Assembly (NCBI GenBank): GCA_964217375.1
Contig: CAXPJQ010000044.1
Coordinates: forward strand, 934-64,933
From: Bdellovibrionales bacterium
GTDB lineage: Archaea; Nanobdellota; Nanobdellia; Woesearchaeales; UBA583
Reading direction: 5' to 3'
Length of the DNA stretch: 64,000 nucleotides
Position 1 is the first letter of the stretch; each line of letters begins with the position of its first letter. Below the pieces are notes generated by a model. That model was not told the origin of the DNA and searched no databases. It worked only from the letters and a program-made list of their open reading frames with translations. Positions 54,637-63,956 of this stretch are shown one piece after another. The translations under genes and the position numbers were made by a program.

Positions 54637-55239
54637 TTAATTTTCTTCAGTTATATCAAATTTAATTGCAATTCTATATATTGATTTATTTCCAGCTCTA
54701 TTGTTGATATATTTTAGATATTTCATAATTTCTTCAGGTTTATATAATATTGTTAAAGTATTAAATTCAGGTTCAAGGTAAAGAATTTCTTCTTCTTTAG
54801 TTAGAAATACAAGAGATCCTCCATAACTTTCATTCCACTTATCACTCAAATCAAAATAAACTTCAATTACATCATCATTTTTGTTTAGATCATTAAGTAA
54901 AGTAAAATCTTTGTGAGAATATTTTTGAACTTCAAGAGAATTAAATGTAAGTGGGACTTGAGTAATTTCTTCAATGTAATGTAGGAATTCTTTAGATTTG
55001 AAAAATTCAATTGTCTGAATGACTTCTAAATTAAATTCCTCAGTTAAATCTAATTTACTCTCACTTTTAATTAGAGGATTATAATTTTTATCCCAATATC
55101 TTGAATTTTGAAATGCTTTTTTAATTTCTTTAGTTTTTTTTGGAAAAAACGAATTTAATTGAATGAACGCTTCCTTTTCAAAAAATTCTTTTATTTCATT
55201 TAATATTTCTTTTTTTAGATATGTTTTATTAATCTCCAT
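54637..55239 (-). CDS. degenerate double-stranded beta-helix protein, paralogue of the upstream 2OG oxygenase (OGFOD1 C-terminal-domain-like)
   Basis: Shares the W..(E/S)YGGSL(D/V)(L/F) block with the upstream gene and keeps HKD, but has no distal His and no R.S..GW motif. Confidence 0.4.
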   Translation of the reverse strand: MEINKTYLKKEILNEIKEFFEKEAFIQLNSFFPKKTKEIKKAFQNSRYWDKNYNPLIKSESKLDLTEEFNLEVIQTIEFFKSKEFLHYIEEITQVPLTFNSLEVQKYSHKDFTLLNDLNKNDDVIEVYFDLSDKWNESYGGSLVFLTKEEEILYLEPEFNTLTILYKPEEIMKYLKYINNRAGNKSIYRIAIKFDITEEN

Positions 55240-55241
55240 TT

Positions 55242-55859
55242 TTATTTTTTATAAAACCACCCACTAATTGAGAGTCTACTCCCATCTTCAACTTCAACTT
55301 CTGAAATTTGATGAAATGACTTATCACTTACTTTAAACATATTAAATTGATTAAATTTAGGGATAATTTTTTTAACTATCTCTTTAGGTTCATTTTTAGA
55401 ATCAACTGAAAATAAATCTAAACTTCCACCATATTCTTCCTTCCAATTTACACTTAAATTTAATATAAATGCAATTGATCTATCTTGAACTTGATCATCA
55501 TGACATAATAAGTAATGTGTATTCCCAAGTTTTAGGGAATGCAGATCTCCCTTATTTCTAACTAAATCAAATCCTACAATCTTTTCAATTATTGATACAA
55601 AGTCTTCACTAAATATAAAATCTCTAAACTCTTTTACTTTTTCATTTTGTATATGTTTAAAATCAACTGTTCTTAGAAATTGATATAAATCATGGTCTTC
55701 AAGGTAATAATCTAATTTATTTAGTTCTTTAATTAATTCTTCTAGATTATTTGGATTAAATAAATCTAAAATACTAATATGTTCAAAAGGTTTATTAGTT
55801 TGAAATTGAGTTTTTAATTCACTTAAATCTAACTTTAAATTTAACCAAGAATTCTTCAT
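55242..55859 (-). CDS. 2OG-Fe(II) oxygenase, OGFOD1/Tpa1-like prolyl-hydroxylase catalytic domain
   Basis: LLCHDDQVQDRSIAFILNLSVNWKEEYGGSLDLF (HxD), SFHQISEV (distal His), RLSISGWFY (2OG-binding Arg). The ATG at 55859 is preferred to the TTG at 55874 on TATA spacing (ATTATAAAC at 55881..55889). Confidence 0.6.
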   Translation of the reverse strand: MKNSWLNLKLDLSELKTQFQTNKPFEHISILDLFNPNNLEELIKELNKLDYYLEDHDLYQFLRTVDFKHIQNEKVKEFRDFIFSEDFVSIIEKIVGFDLVRNKGDLHSLKLGNTHYLLCHDDQVQDRSIAFILNLSVNWKEEYGGSLDLFSVDSKNEPKEIVKKIIPKFNQFNMFKVSDKSFHQISEVEVEDGSRLSISGWFYKK

Positions 55860-55954
55860 ATTAAAACTAATCAAAACTAAATTATAAACTTGTCTGTATT
55901 TATTCTACTTTATCAAGCCCAAATCTTTAAAAACGAGATTTTCGATTTTTAATT

Positions 55955-57883
55955 ATGGAATACTCTCAATCTCTTCAAAAACAGATAGAAACTTCATTTA
56001 AAAAAAATTCTATCTTTGAGAATTCAAGAAAAAACTTTTACTTATTTAATTTTAAAGATTTTAATATTAATCAATTATTAAACATTTTTGAGAAAGAAAA
56101 ATCAGTAATTTTTCAAGAACAAAATTCAAAAAAACACTATAATAAAATTTTGGAAATGATAAAATCTAATTTTTACCTTAATCAGACAATTAATTATTTT
56201 CAACTTTTATTTCAAAGTACTTTTGAACCAGATATTTATTTAAAAAGAAAAGATGTCCTCTCAAGAATTGATTATGAAATAATTGATTTGAAAGTTTATT
56301 TCAAAGAATTAAAGAAAATAAATAAAAATTTAAAATTGCCTTTTACAATTTATACTTTAGATGAGAGTTTTGTCCATTATTTTTATGAAAAGTATAATAT
56401 TAATTTATTCAAGTTATCTCAAAAAGAATTAGAACAAGAATCTCAAAATTTTGATGAAAATTCAATTTTAGTTACAGATGAATCCATTTTAGCGGAGTTT
56501 CAAGTTTTTTCAAAAAAAGATTTTGAAAAGATTTTAATTGGAAATATTATTAAAAATAATAAAGATGTAATTCTAGCATCAATTGAAATTCTAAATAATA
56601 TTAATTCAGAAATTCTTTCATTATGTGGTGAATTACTTCCAAATAAAATTCAATTTAATTCAAATTTAAATTCATTAAAAGAAAAGTTAAATTTTGATAT
56701 TGAAGAGAATTTTAAGAATTTATCTTATTTAATTTTAAATTTAGAAGAAGAAACTCAAAAAATAAATTTAGAGTTAAAAAAAATCATTCAAGAAAAACAA
56801 GTTAATTTACAAGGTGACGAATTACTTGAGCTTTTAAATTCAGGTAATTTGGAACAACTTAAAAAAAAGTTACAAGAAGATACTAAAAAGATTATTCAAG
56901 AAAAAGAACTTAATATTATTGAGAATTTAAAAAAATCAAATTTAAATGTAACTAATATTTTCTCAAATTCATCTTATCCTCTAGAAGTTGATTCTGAGAC
57001 TAAAGAAGATTTACTCTCTCAAATTGAAAGAAATAGAACTAGCGAAATTCTAAATTATTATTCTTCATTAAATGAATTGTCTTATAATGATTTAGATAAC
57101 TTAATTCAATTAATTTATGGGGTTGATTTAATTTTAGGTTTAAACTCATTTTTTAAAAAATTTAATTTAAATTATCCAAAAGAGATTTCAAATGAAATTG
57201 TTTTACATGGTGGAAGAAACATTTATATTGAAAATGCCCACCCAATTGATTATGCAATTGGTAGTTCTAATTTTAATTTAAATTCTGAGAAAGTCTCCAT
57301 TTTAACTGGAGCAAATTCTGGAGGTAAAACAACTCTTTTGGAAATGATATTACAATCTCAAATACTCACCTCTCTTGGTTTGCCAATTCCTGCAAGTTCT
57401 AATTCAATCATTTCATTACCTCAAGAAGTTATTTATCTAAAAAAGTTTACTGGGACTCAAGGATCTGGGGCTTTTGAACAAACAATTAGAGCACTTATTG
57501 AAATAATTGATTCTAACTCTTCAAAGTTAATGTTAATTGATGAATTTGAAGCTGTAACTGAACCAGGAGCTGCTGCAAAAATATTACTTATGTTTTTAAA
57601 ACAAATTAAAGAACAAAATACTTTAACTATTGCTGTATCTCATTTAGGTAAGGAATTATCTTCAATATTAAATGAAGAGAAAATTTCAGGAATTAGAATT
57701 GATGGGATTTCTGCAACAGGTTTAGATGAGAGTGGAAAACTAATTACAAATCATCAACCTCAATTTTATGAATTAGGTAAATCTACTCCAGAATTAATTT
57801 TAAAGAGAATTCTTCAAGATAATAAATTTTGGGATTCAAAAGAGAATTCTACTAGAAATATTTTTGAGAATTTATTAAATTAA
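55955..57883 (+). CDS. MutS-related ATPase lacking mismatch-binding and Smr domains (archaeal MutS5-like)
   Basis: C-terminal ILTGANSGGKTTLLEMILQSQILTSLGLPIPA (Walker A), LMLIDEFEAVTEP (Walker B), AVSHL. About 430 aa of coiled-coil-rich N-terminus. Confidence 0.6.
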   Translation: MEYSQSLQKQIETSFKKNSIFENSRKNFYLFNFKDFNINQLLNIFEKEKSVIFQEQNSKKHYNKILEMIKSNFYLNQTINYFQLLFQSTFEPDIYLKRKDVLSRIDYEIIDLKVYFKELKKINKNLKLPFTIYTLDESFVHYFYEKYNINLFKLSQKELEQESQNFDENSILVTDESILAEFQVFSKKDFEKILIGNIIKNNKDVILASIEILNNINSEILSLCGELLPNKIQFNSNLNSLKEKLNFDIEENFKNLSYLILNLEEETQKINLELKKIIQEKQVNLQGDELLELLNSGNLEQLKKKLQEDTKKIIQEKELNIIENLKKSNLNVTNIFSNSSYPLEVDSETKEDLLSQIERNRTSEILNYYSSLNELSYNDLDNLIQLIYGVDLILGLNSFFKKFNLNYPKEISNEIVLHGGRNIYIENAHPIDYAIGSSNFNLNSEKVSILTGANSGGKTTLLEMILQSQILTSLGLPIPASSNSIISLPQEVIYLKKFTGTQGSGAFEQTIRALIEIIDSNSSKLMLIDEFEAVTEPGAAAKILLMFLKQIKEQNTLTIAVSHLGKELSSILNEEKISGIRIDGISATGLDESGKLITNHQPQFYELGKSTPELILKRILQDNKFWDSKENSTRNIFENLLN

Positions 57884-57941
57884 ATTTATTTACTTTAAAG
57901 ATATTAATATTTTTTTTAAATTAAACTTTTTTACTATTTTT

Positions 57942-59045
57942 GTGAACATACCTAGTAATAATTCTGTGTCTATTTTCAAATTAGTTAAATTATCTTCTGA
58001 ATTAAGAAATGATTACTTAAAAAATGGAAAAGAGTTATTTATTCTTTTTGAGGAATATTATTCTTTAAGATCAAAAAATGAAAATAAAATAATCTCAGCT
58101 CTTTTATTTCATGAACATAATTATTCTTTAGATCAGTTTAGAAAAAAAGTTGAAAAAAAAATACAAAAAAAACTTTTAGATTTATTTAAAATATTTGAAG
58201 ATTTTTATTCGAATTATTCTATTTATAAATTATCTTTAGAGGATGAGAAATATTTAATTAATAAAATTACTATTAAAAAAAGATTAGGAGTAATTGAAAG
58301 GGAATTTAATAATGTCTTGGAGAATTTAATCATTATTTTTAAATTTGATTACAATGAGTATAGATTAAGGTTTAGTTTCATTTCTTATTCTCTAAATCAA
58401 ATTATTTCAAATCTTGAGATAATTGAAAATCTACACAATCAAAATACTCTTGAAGTTCCTAAAATAAATTATTCTAAATTAAAAAAATTAAACATAAAAG
58501 ATATTAAAATTGGAGATATTATTCTAGTTGAAAAAGAATCTAGGTCTTTAACTTTGTATAGGAAATTACTTGGAAAAATGTTAAATTCAAATATTATTCA
58601 TTCAGCAATTGTTTATGATATAATTGGAGAAGATATTTTTTTATTTGAGGCAAATGCTTATAATTCTAAAGAGGTATCTATTGACAAATTAGAATTTAAA
58701 AAAAACTATAAATATATAATTATGAGGCCAAGTTATAATTTAAATAAATTAACTAAAAAAAAAGTTCAAAACCTATGTGATTCTTACTTGGGTGAAAAAT
58801 TTAGTAATCTAAAGTTAGTTGTAGGTTCTCTAGAAAGACTAAGGGAATATATTTTAAAATATCTCCCTCTTTTAAGAAAATCTAATCCTTCTAAATCTTT
58901 AAATGGTACTTTTTGTTCAGAAATAGTAGTTAGAGTATATTCTAAATTAGGTTTTAATTTAGGTATTAATGAAGATAGTTCAATAGCATCTCCGGTAGAT
59001 ATTTTTAAATCGAAAAGTTTGAATTTAATTGGCTACTTTAAATAA
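57942..59045 (+). CDS. permuted papain-like (YiiX/C92, NlpC/P60-superfamily) domain protein with helical N-terminal domain
   Basis: GDIILVEKE..NSNIIHSAIVYD..FEANAYNS..(~100 aa)..GTFCSEIVVRVY shows the His-before-Cys order of the permuted family. GTG start. Confidence 0.45.
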   Translation: MNIPSNNSVSIFKLVKLSSELRNDYLKNGKELFILFEEYYSLRSKNENKIISALLFHEHNYSLDQFRKKVEKKIQKKLLDLFKIFEDFYSNYSIYKLSLEDEKYLINKITIKKRLGVIEREFNNVLENLIIIFKFDYNEYRLRFSFISYSLNQIISNLEIIENLHNQNTLEVPKINYSKLKKLNIKDIKIGDIILVEKESRSLTLYRKLLGKMLNSNIIHSAIVYDIIGEDIFLFEANAYNSKEVSIDKLEFKKNYKYIIMRPSYNLNKLTKKKVQNLCDSYLGEKFSNLKLVVGSLERLREYILKYLPLLRKSNPSKSLNGTFCSEIVVRVYSKLGFNLGINEDSSIASPVDIFKSKSLNLIGYFK

Positions 59046-59077
59046 GTTTTTAAAATGATTTTATTTGACATTATATA

Positions 59078-60955
59078 GTGGATAAAAATTGGGATTTAGA
59101 TTCTTTAATTTTAAATATATTAGGAAATGTATCTTCATTAGGGATAAATCATACTATTCCTGGGATAAGTGGAGAAATGTTTTCATTTTGGAGGGATTTT
59201 AAGGAATTTAGAGGTTTAAATTATTCTGAGATTACAACTGATATGCCTTCATATATTAAAAATTTAGATCTTAATTCAAATAAATGGGTTCCAAATGACT
59301 ATCAATTTTATTTTTTTTCAAATATCTCAGATTTATTATTAAATCAAGGCAAATCTAGGGAAGAGAGTTTAAAGATTATTGAAGATTTTGGTTATTTTTC
59401 AAGAGATAAATTAATGAAGGAGGGAGATTTAGACAAATTAGTAAAAATTACTGGAAATAGTATGGAAAATTTAATGTATCTTCCTCAGGATTTCACTTAC
59501 CTAACTACTTTATTTCGTAAAGTTAATGTTTTTGAAACTCAAAAAATAGGTTCAAATACTTATCAAATTACAATGGAAGTTTTGCCATCTTCTTGGGGTC
59601 TTAAAACAATTGAAGAGACTCTAAGATTCTACTTAGGGGCAACAAAAAGAGTTTTAGAATTAACAGGAGATAAAATTGAAGAGGTAACTTTTGACTATAA
59701 TAAACTTTCTAAATCTTGTTATATTACTGCAGTATATGATAAAAAAGTTGAGAAAAAATCAATACTCTGGCAAAAAGGAGTGTCTTTATTTATGCCTCAA
59801 ATCTATTTTAGAAGATTTTTAGCAAAAAAAGAGAATAAAAATTTGGAGTTATTAGTAGATAGAAATTTAGATTTGGTTGAAAGTTTTAATAAAGATATAT
59901 TTAATAGGGATAATCAAACGGGTCTTCATGTTAGTGGTGTAACTTTTTATGCATATTTACTTTCATATTTTTTGGGCTTTGATGATAGTGAGTTAAGAAT
60001 TTCAGTTCTCTCAGGTTTATTACATGATATTGGAAAAAATGCAATTCCAGATAGAGTATTAAAAAAGAATGGTAAATTTAATTCTTTGGAGAGAATTATA
60101 ATGGAAGCTCATGGTCCAATTGGTTGGGTTAAATTAGATGAATTTAATATGGATCATAATTTTATTTTAGAAGAAGAAATAGTCAATGGAACTTATGAAC
60201 ATCACGAGAATTCATTGGGTAGTGGATATTTATTTAGTTTAGATCCAAATTTAATTTCTCCAAATGGAAAAATTTTACAATTTTCAGATATTTATCATGC
60301 ACTTTCCCAAAGAAGATATTATAAAGATGAACTTTCAAGTTCACAAATATTTGAAGAATTGGAAAAGTTTGATGAAGGTTTTTTTAATAACTATGTTTTT
60401 GAAACTGCAAAAGAATTTTTATCTCCATTCTTAGAAAATTATTTTGGTAATGATTTTAGTGATTCTCAAATAAGTTCTTTTCTTCAAGGAGAATTAAAAG
60501 AAGATGATTTCTCTATGTTTATCAATGATTTAAGTAGAGGTTTATTAACAAGAAAAAGATTTTTAAAAAAAATTTCTGAGTTAGGTTTAAATTCAGAAAA
60601 ATTAGAAGAGATTTCAAATTCTTTCAAAGCACAACAATACTCTCCTAGAAGTTATAAAGAAACTAAACAAGATGTTTTTAATTATTTTAAATTATATAAA
60701 CAAAAAATAATTACTGTTGCTAAATTAGTTGAGCTCTCCAAAGTACCTAATGGAGATTTCCCAGAAGAATTAGCTCAATTAGTTTCATTATCCGAAAGTC
60801 CAATTCAAATTCATTTGCAGATGGTAAATTCACTCTCTCCTAAAAGTAAATCTATTATTGAGGGAGTTAAATTAGAAAAAGATAATGTTGCTTTTGAAGC
60901 TTTATCTAAATTAGAAGAATATGTGCCTATTTTAAAAAGTTTTATTAGAAATTAA
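59078..60955 (+). CDS. HD-GYP domain protein with large N- and C-terminal extensions
   Basis: LSGLLHDIGKNAIPDRVLKK, IIMEAHGPIGW, YEHHENSLGSGYLF, ILQFSDIYHALSQRRYYK. GTG start. Confidence 0.65.
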   Translation: MDKNWDLDSLILNILGNVSSLGINHTIPGISGEMFSFWRDFKEFRGLNYSEITTDMPSYIKNLDLNSNKWVPNDYQFYFFSNISDLLLNQGKSREESLKIIEDFGYFSRDKLMKEGDLDKLVKITGNSMENLMYLPQDFTYLTTLFRKVNVFETQKIGSNTYQITMEVLPSSWGLKTIEETLRFYLGATKRVLELTGDKIEEVTFDYNKLSKSCYITAVYDKKVEKKSILWQKGVSLFMPQIYFRRFLAKKENKNLELLVDRNLDLVESFNKDIFNRDNQTGLHVSGVTFYAYLLSYFLGFDDSELRISVLSGLLHDIGKNAIPDRVLKKNGKFNSLERIIMEAHGPIGWVKLDEFNMDHNFILEEEIVNGTYEHHENSLGSGYLFSLDPNLISPNGKILQFSDIYHALSQRRYYKDELSSSQIFEELEKFDEGFFNNYVFETAKEFLSPFLENYFGNDFSDSQISSFLQGELKEDDFSMFINDLSRGLLTRKRFLKKISELGLNSEKLEEISNSFKAQQYSPRSYKETKQDVFNYFKLYKQKIITVAKLVELSKVPNGDFPEELAQLVSLSESPIQIHLQMVNSLSPKSKSIIEGVKLEKDNVAFEALSKLEEYVPILKSFIRN

Positions 60956-61952
60956 TTTTAAATTTAACTTCTTTTTTTAATTCAAAGTTTTCAATATTTT
61001 CACATGTTGAAGTTAAAATTCTCTCGACAGCCTCTTTAGAATTAAATGCATTGTGAGGAGTGAAAATTACATTTTCATGTTTTAATATTTCTTTATCAAG
61101 CATTAATTGAGCAATCTCTTTATGTTTTTCTTCATTGCCAATTAATTCATCTTCATGACTAATTAATTCTTCTCCCTCAATCACATCAAGTCCGGCTCCT
61201 CCTATATGTCCATTTACTAAGAATTTGTATAATGCTTTTGAATCAATTAATCCTCCTCTTGAAGTATTAATTATAATAACTCCTTTTTTAGTTTGTCTTA
61301 ACTTATCATCATTTAGAAAATGTTGTGTATATTTATTAAGTGGCATGTGTAATGAAATCAAATCAGATTTTTCTAAAACTTCTTCAACTGATCCATATTT
61401 AAAATGCATCACTTCTTCTAGAAAATGATCTTCATTAATATCATATGCAATTACATTCATTCCAAATCCTACTGCCATTTTAATTACATGTAACCCAATA
61501 TGTCCAACTCCTAAAACTCCTAAAGTTTTCCCTTTCAAATCAAATCCTCTAAGTCCTTCAATTGAGAAATCTCCTGTTTTCTCTCTCATGTATGATTTAT
61601 GTACATTTCTTGCTAAATTTAACATTAATGCAAAAGTATGTTCGGCAACTGTATTTTCTCCATAAAATGGAACATTTCCTACTTCAATTTTATTTTCTCT
61701 ACAATAATTACAATCAATGTGATCAAATCCAGTTGATTGTGTTAAAACAGTTTTCAATTTAGGTAGCTTTGTAAGTATATCTTCTCTTACTTGAGAATAA
61801 ATAAATACAACTAATATCTCAGTGTCTTTATACTCTCTAGTTGGTACTTGATGACATGGTTTTTCAAAGAATTTGAGTTTATGTCCTTTTAATTTTGATT
61901 TAATAAAATTAATTTCATCTTTATTTTTCATATCAAAAAAACTTATTTTCAT
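60945..61952 (-). CDS. D-isomer-specific 2-hydroxyacid dehydrogenase (D-lactate dehydrogenase-like)
   Basis: NAD-binding GVLGVGHIGLHVIKMAVGFGMNVIAYD, SRGGLID, and catalytic TPHNAF. Confidence 0.8.
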   Translation of the reverse strand: MKISFFDMKNKDEINFIKSKLKGHKLKFFEKPCHQVPTREYKDTEILVVFIYSQVREDILTKLPKLKTVLTQSTGFDHIDCNYCRENKIEVGNVPFYGENTVAEHTFALMLNLARNVHKSYMREKTGDFSIEGLRGFDLKGKTLGVLGVGHIGLHVIKMAVGFGMNVIAYDINEDHFLEEVMHFKYGSVEEVLEKSDLISLHMPLNKYTQHFLNDDKLRQTKKGVIIINTSRGGLIDSKALYKFLVNGHIGGAGLDVIEGEELISHEDELIGNEEKHKEIAQLMLDKEILKHENVIFTPHNAFNSKEAVERILTSTCENIENFELKKEVKFKINF

Positions 61953-62069
61953 ATAAATTTCATATTTTTTAAATTAATAAATACTTATAACAACTAAAAA
62001 AAAATAATTATATAAACAATTGTTTATATAATTGCAAGAATTTATATACTCTTAAGAAATTGATAGGCT

Positions 62070-62351
62070 ATGAAACCAGAATTAAACACTCAAGGAATAA
62101 ATAACTTAAATATTTCTGTTGCAAAATTATTAGATGAAAAAAGTCAAAGTGAAGAAGAAAATTTATATGGGGCAATTTCAATTTATGAGTTATCTTTGGG
62201 ACTTATTTCAGAAAACATAACTGATCCTAATGTCTTATTATATAAAAACTTAGTAAAACAATTATTAGAAAATAGAAATAAAAACAGTGATTTTAAGACT
62301 TATTCAGAAATTCAAGAAAAATTAATCTCAGAAATATTTAAAATTAAATAA
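62070..62351 (+). CDS. hypothetical small protein
   Basis: 93-aa ORF with TTTATATA 22-29 nt upstream (62041..62048). Confidence 0.45.
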   Translation: MKPELNTQGINNLNISVAKLLDEKSQSEEENLYGAISIYELSLGLISENITDPNVLLYKNLVKQLLENRNKNSDFKTYSEIQEKLISEIFKIK

Positions 62352-62354
62352 AAT

Positions 62355-63698
62355 TTATTTAAATTCATAAACTCCTTGATCAGGTAATACCCACAAGTTT
62401 TTATCTTTAACATACCCTAGCTCTTCAGCAAGTTCAATCATTCCTTCTTTTAATCTAACATGTCCATGAACTGGAACTACATGTTCAGGTTTAATCATTC
62501 CTAATAAATCTCTGTGATCTTCTCTTGATGCATGCCCTGAAACATGGATATCTTTAAATATTTTACAGTTATATGCATCTAGCTTTGAATGTAGGATCTG
62601 GGATGCTTCAATATTAATTTGTGTTGGAATTACTTCTGAACTAAAAATAATTTTATCATCTTCTTTTAATTCATAAGGAGTTCTACCCTCTGCAATTTTT
62701 GACATCATTGCATTTTCTTCTCCTTGGTGTCCTGTACATACAATTACATATTTAGATTTATCTTTATTAATTGTGTCAAGCCATTTATTACTCTCAGCAG
62801 GAGTTTCACAAATAATTACTCCTTTTTCTTTAAAATCAATAATTCCTGCATTTTTTGCAGCTTTACAATACTTTGCCATTGATCTTCCCATAAAAACTAA
62901 TTTCCTTCCAAGTTCCTGAGTTAACTCCATAATAGATTTTAATCTAGTAATGTGGGATGCAAAAGTAGTAATTATTACTCCTTTAGTATCTACGATATCT
63001 GTTTCAATGAAAATATCTCTAAGCATTTCTTTTACTACAATTTCAGATAATGTTTTTCTTTTCAAATTTGATCTTACGGAATCAACAACTAACAATTTAA
63101 TTCCTTCTTCATTTAATTCTTTTAATCTTTGATAATTTGATCTCTGTCCTAATGCTGGCCTGTTATCAAATTTAAAATCATTTGCATACATTACAACTCC
63201 CTCTGGAGCATGAATTGCTACAATTGCAGCTTGAGGAATTGAATGAGTTACATTTACAAATTCAACTTCAATTCCTGACGGAAGTGAAAATGTTGAATTT
63301 ACATTTACTTTAATAAATTTATTTTTAAGAGGTTCACTTACTGTTCTTTGAGATTTCATTAATACTTTTAATACTTCAATTGTAAATGGAGTTCCATAAA
63401 TTGGGGCTTGGGGAAATAAGTTTGCCATATATTGAACTGCACCTACATGATCTAGGTGGGCATGAGATACAATTATTGCTTTAACATTATCTTTTTTTTC
63501 CATAATTAATTCAGGGTTTGCAACAATGTTTTTTTCAACAAGTTCACTTAATCCCATTTTATCAACTTCATCATTATATCTAACTAAATTTGATAATTGT
63601 AATCCCATATCACAAATTACAATCTCTTCTCCAATTTCAAAAGCCATCATATTTCTTCCAGCTTCGTCTACTCCTCCTAATGCGTACATTTTTACCAT
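62355..63698 (-). CDS. rnj: beta-CASP metallo-beta-lactamase ribonuclease, archaeal RNase J-like
   Basis: YALGGVDEAGRNMMAFEIGEEIVICDMG start, HAHLDHVGA, beta-CASP region, C-terminal VSGHASREDH..VHGH. 447 aa with no KH domains. Confidence 0.65.
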   Translation of the reverse strand: MVKMYALGGVDEAGRNMMAFEIGEEIVICDMGLQLSNLVRYNDEVDKMGLSELVEKNIVANPELIMEKKDNVKAIIVSHAHLDHVGAVQYMANLFPQAPIYGTPFTIEVLKVLMKSQRTVSEPLKNKFIKVNVNSTFSLPSGIEVEFVNVTHSIPQAAIVAIHAPEGVVMYANDFKFDNRPALGQRSNYQRLKELNEEGIKLLVVDSVRSNLKRKTLSEIVVKEMLRDIFIETDIVDTKGVIITTFASHITRLKSIMELTQELGRKLVFMGRSMAKYCKAAKNAGIIDFKEKGVIICETPAESNKWLDTINKDKSKYVIVCTGHQGEENAMMSKIAEGRTPYELKEDDKIIFSSEVIPTQINIEASQILHSKLDAYNCKIFKDIHVSGHASREDHRDLLGMIKPEHVVPVHGHVRLKEGMIELAEELGYVKDKNLWVLPDQGVYEFK

Positions 63699-63956
63699 TT
63701 TTCTATTATACTCTGCACTAGATTAGACAAACATAAACTTCACCAATTTCTTCTCTTTTTAACAAAATAAAAAAACTTGAGAATTAAATCTCAGTTATGT
63801 ATCTTCTCTATTCTAATTTTTAGAAATATTTTTATTTTTATAAAGATTTGTTTTATTTTTAAATATATTTTACATTTTTTGTATTTTTTACAATTGAATT
63901 CAAATCAAAAACTTTTATAAACCAAAGTAAATTAATTATTCTTATAGTTTTCAAAA

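Noticed and set aside
54494-54640. 48-aa ORF (MVETISSCEQKREEYLKIINS...) in the spacer after minD
   Set aside because: It has no recognisable family and no clear TATA at the right distance. It overlaps the convergent gene stop. The evidence is too weak to call it a gene.
63699-63956. Long AT-rich spacer as a replication origin
   Set aside because: There are no ORB-like repeated elements and no adjacent orc1/cdc6 gene. The features present are explained as promoters.
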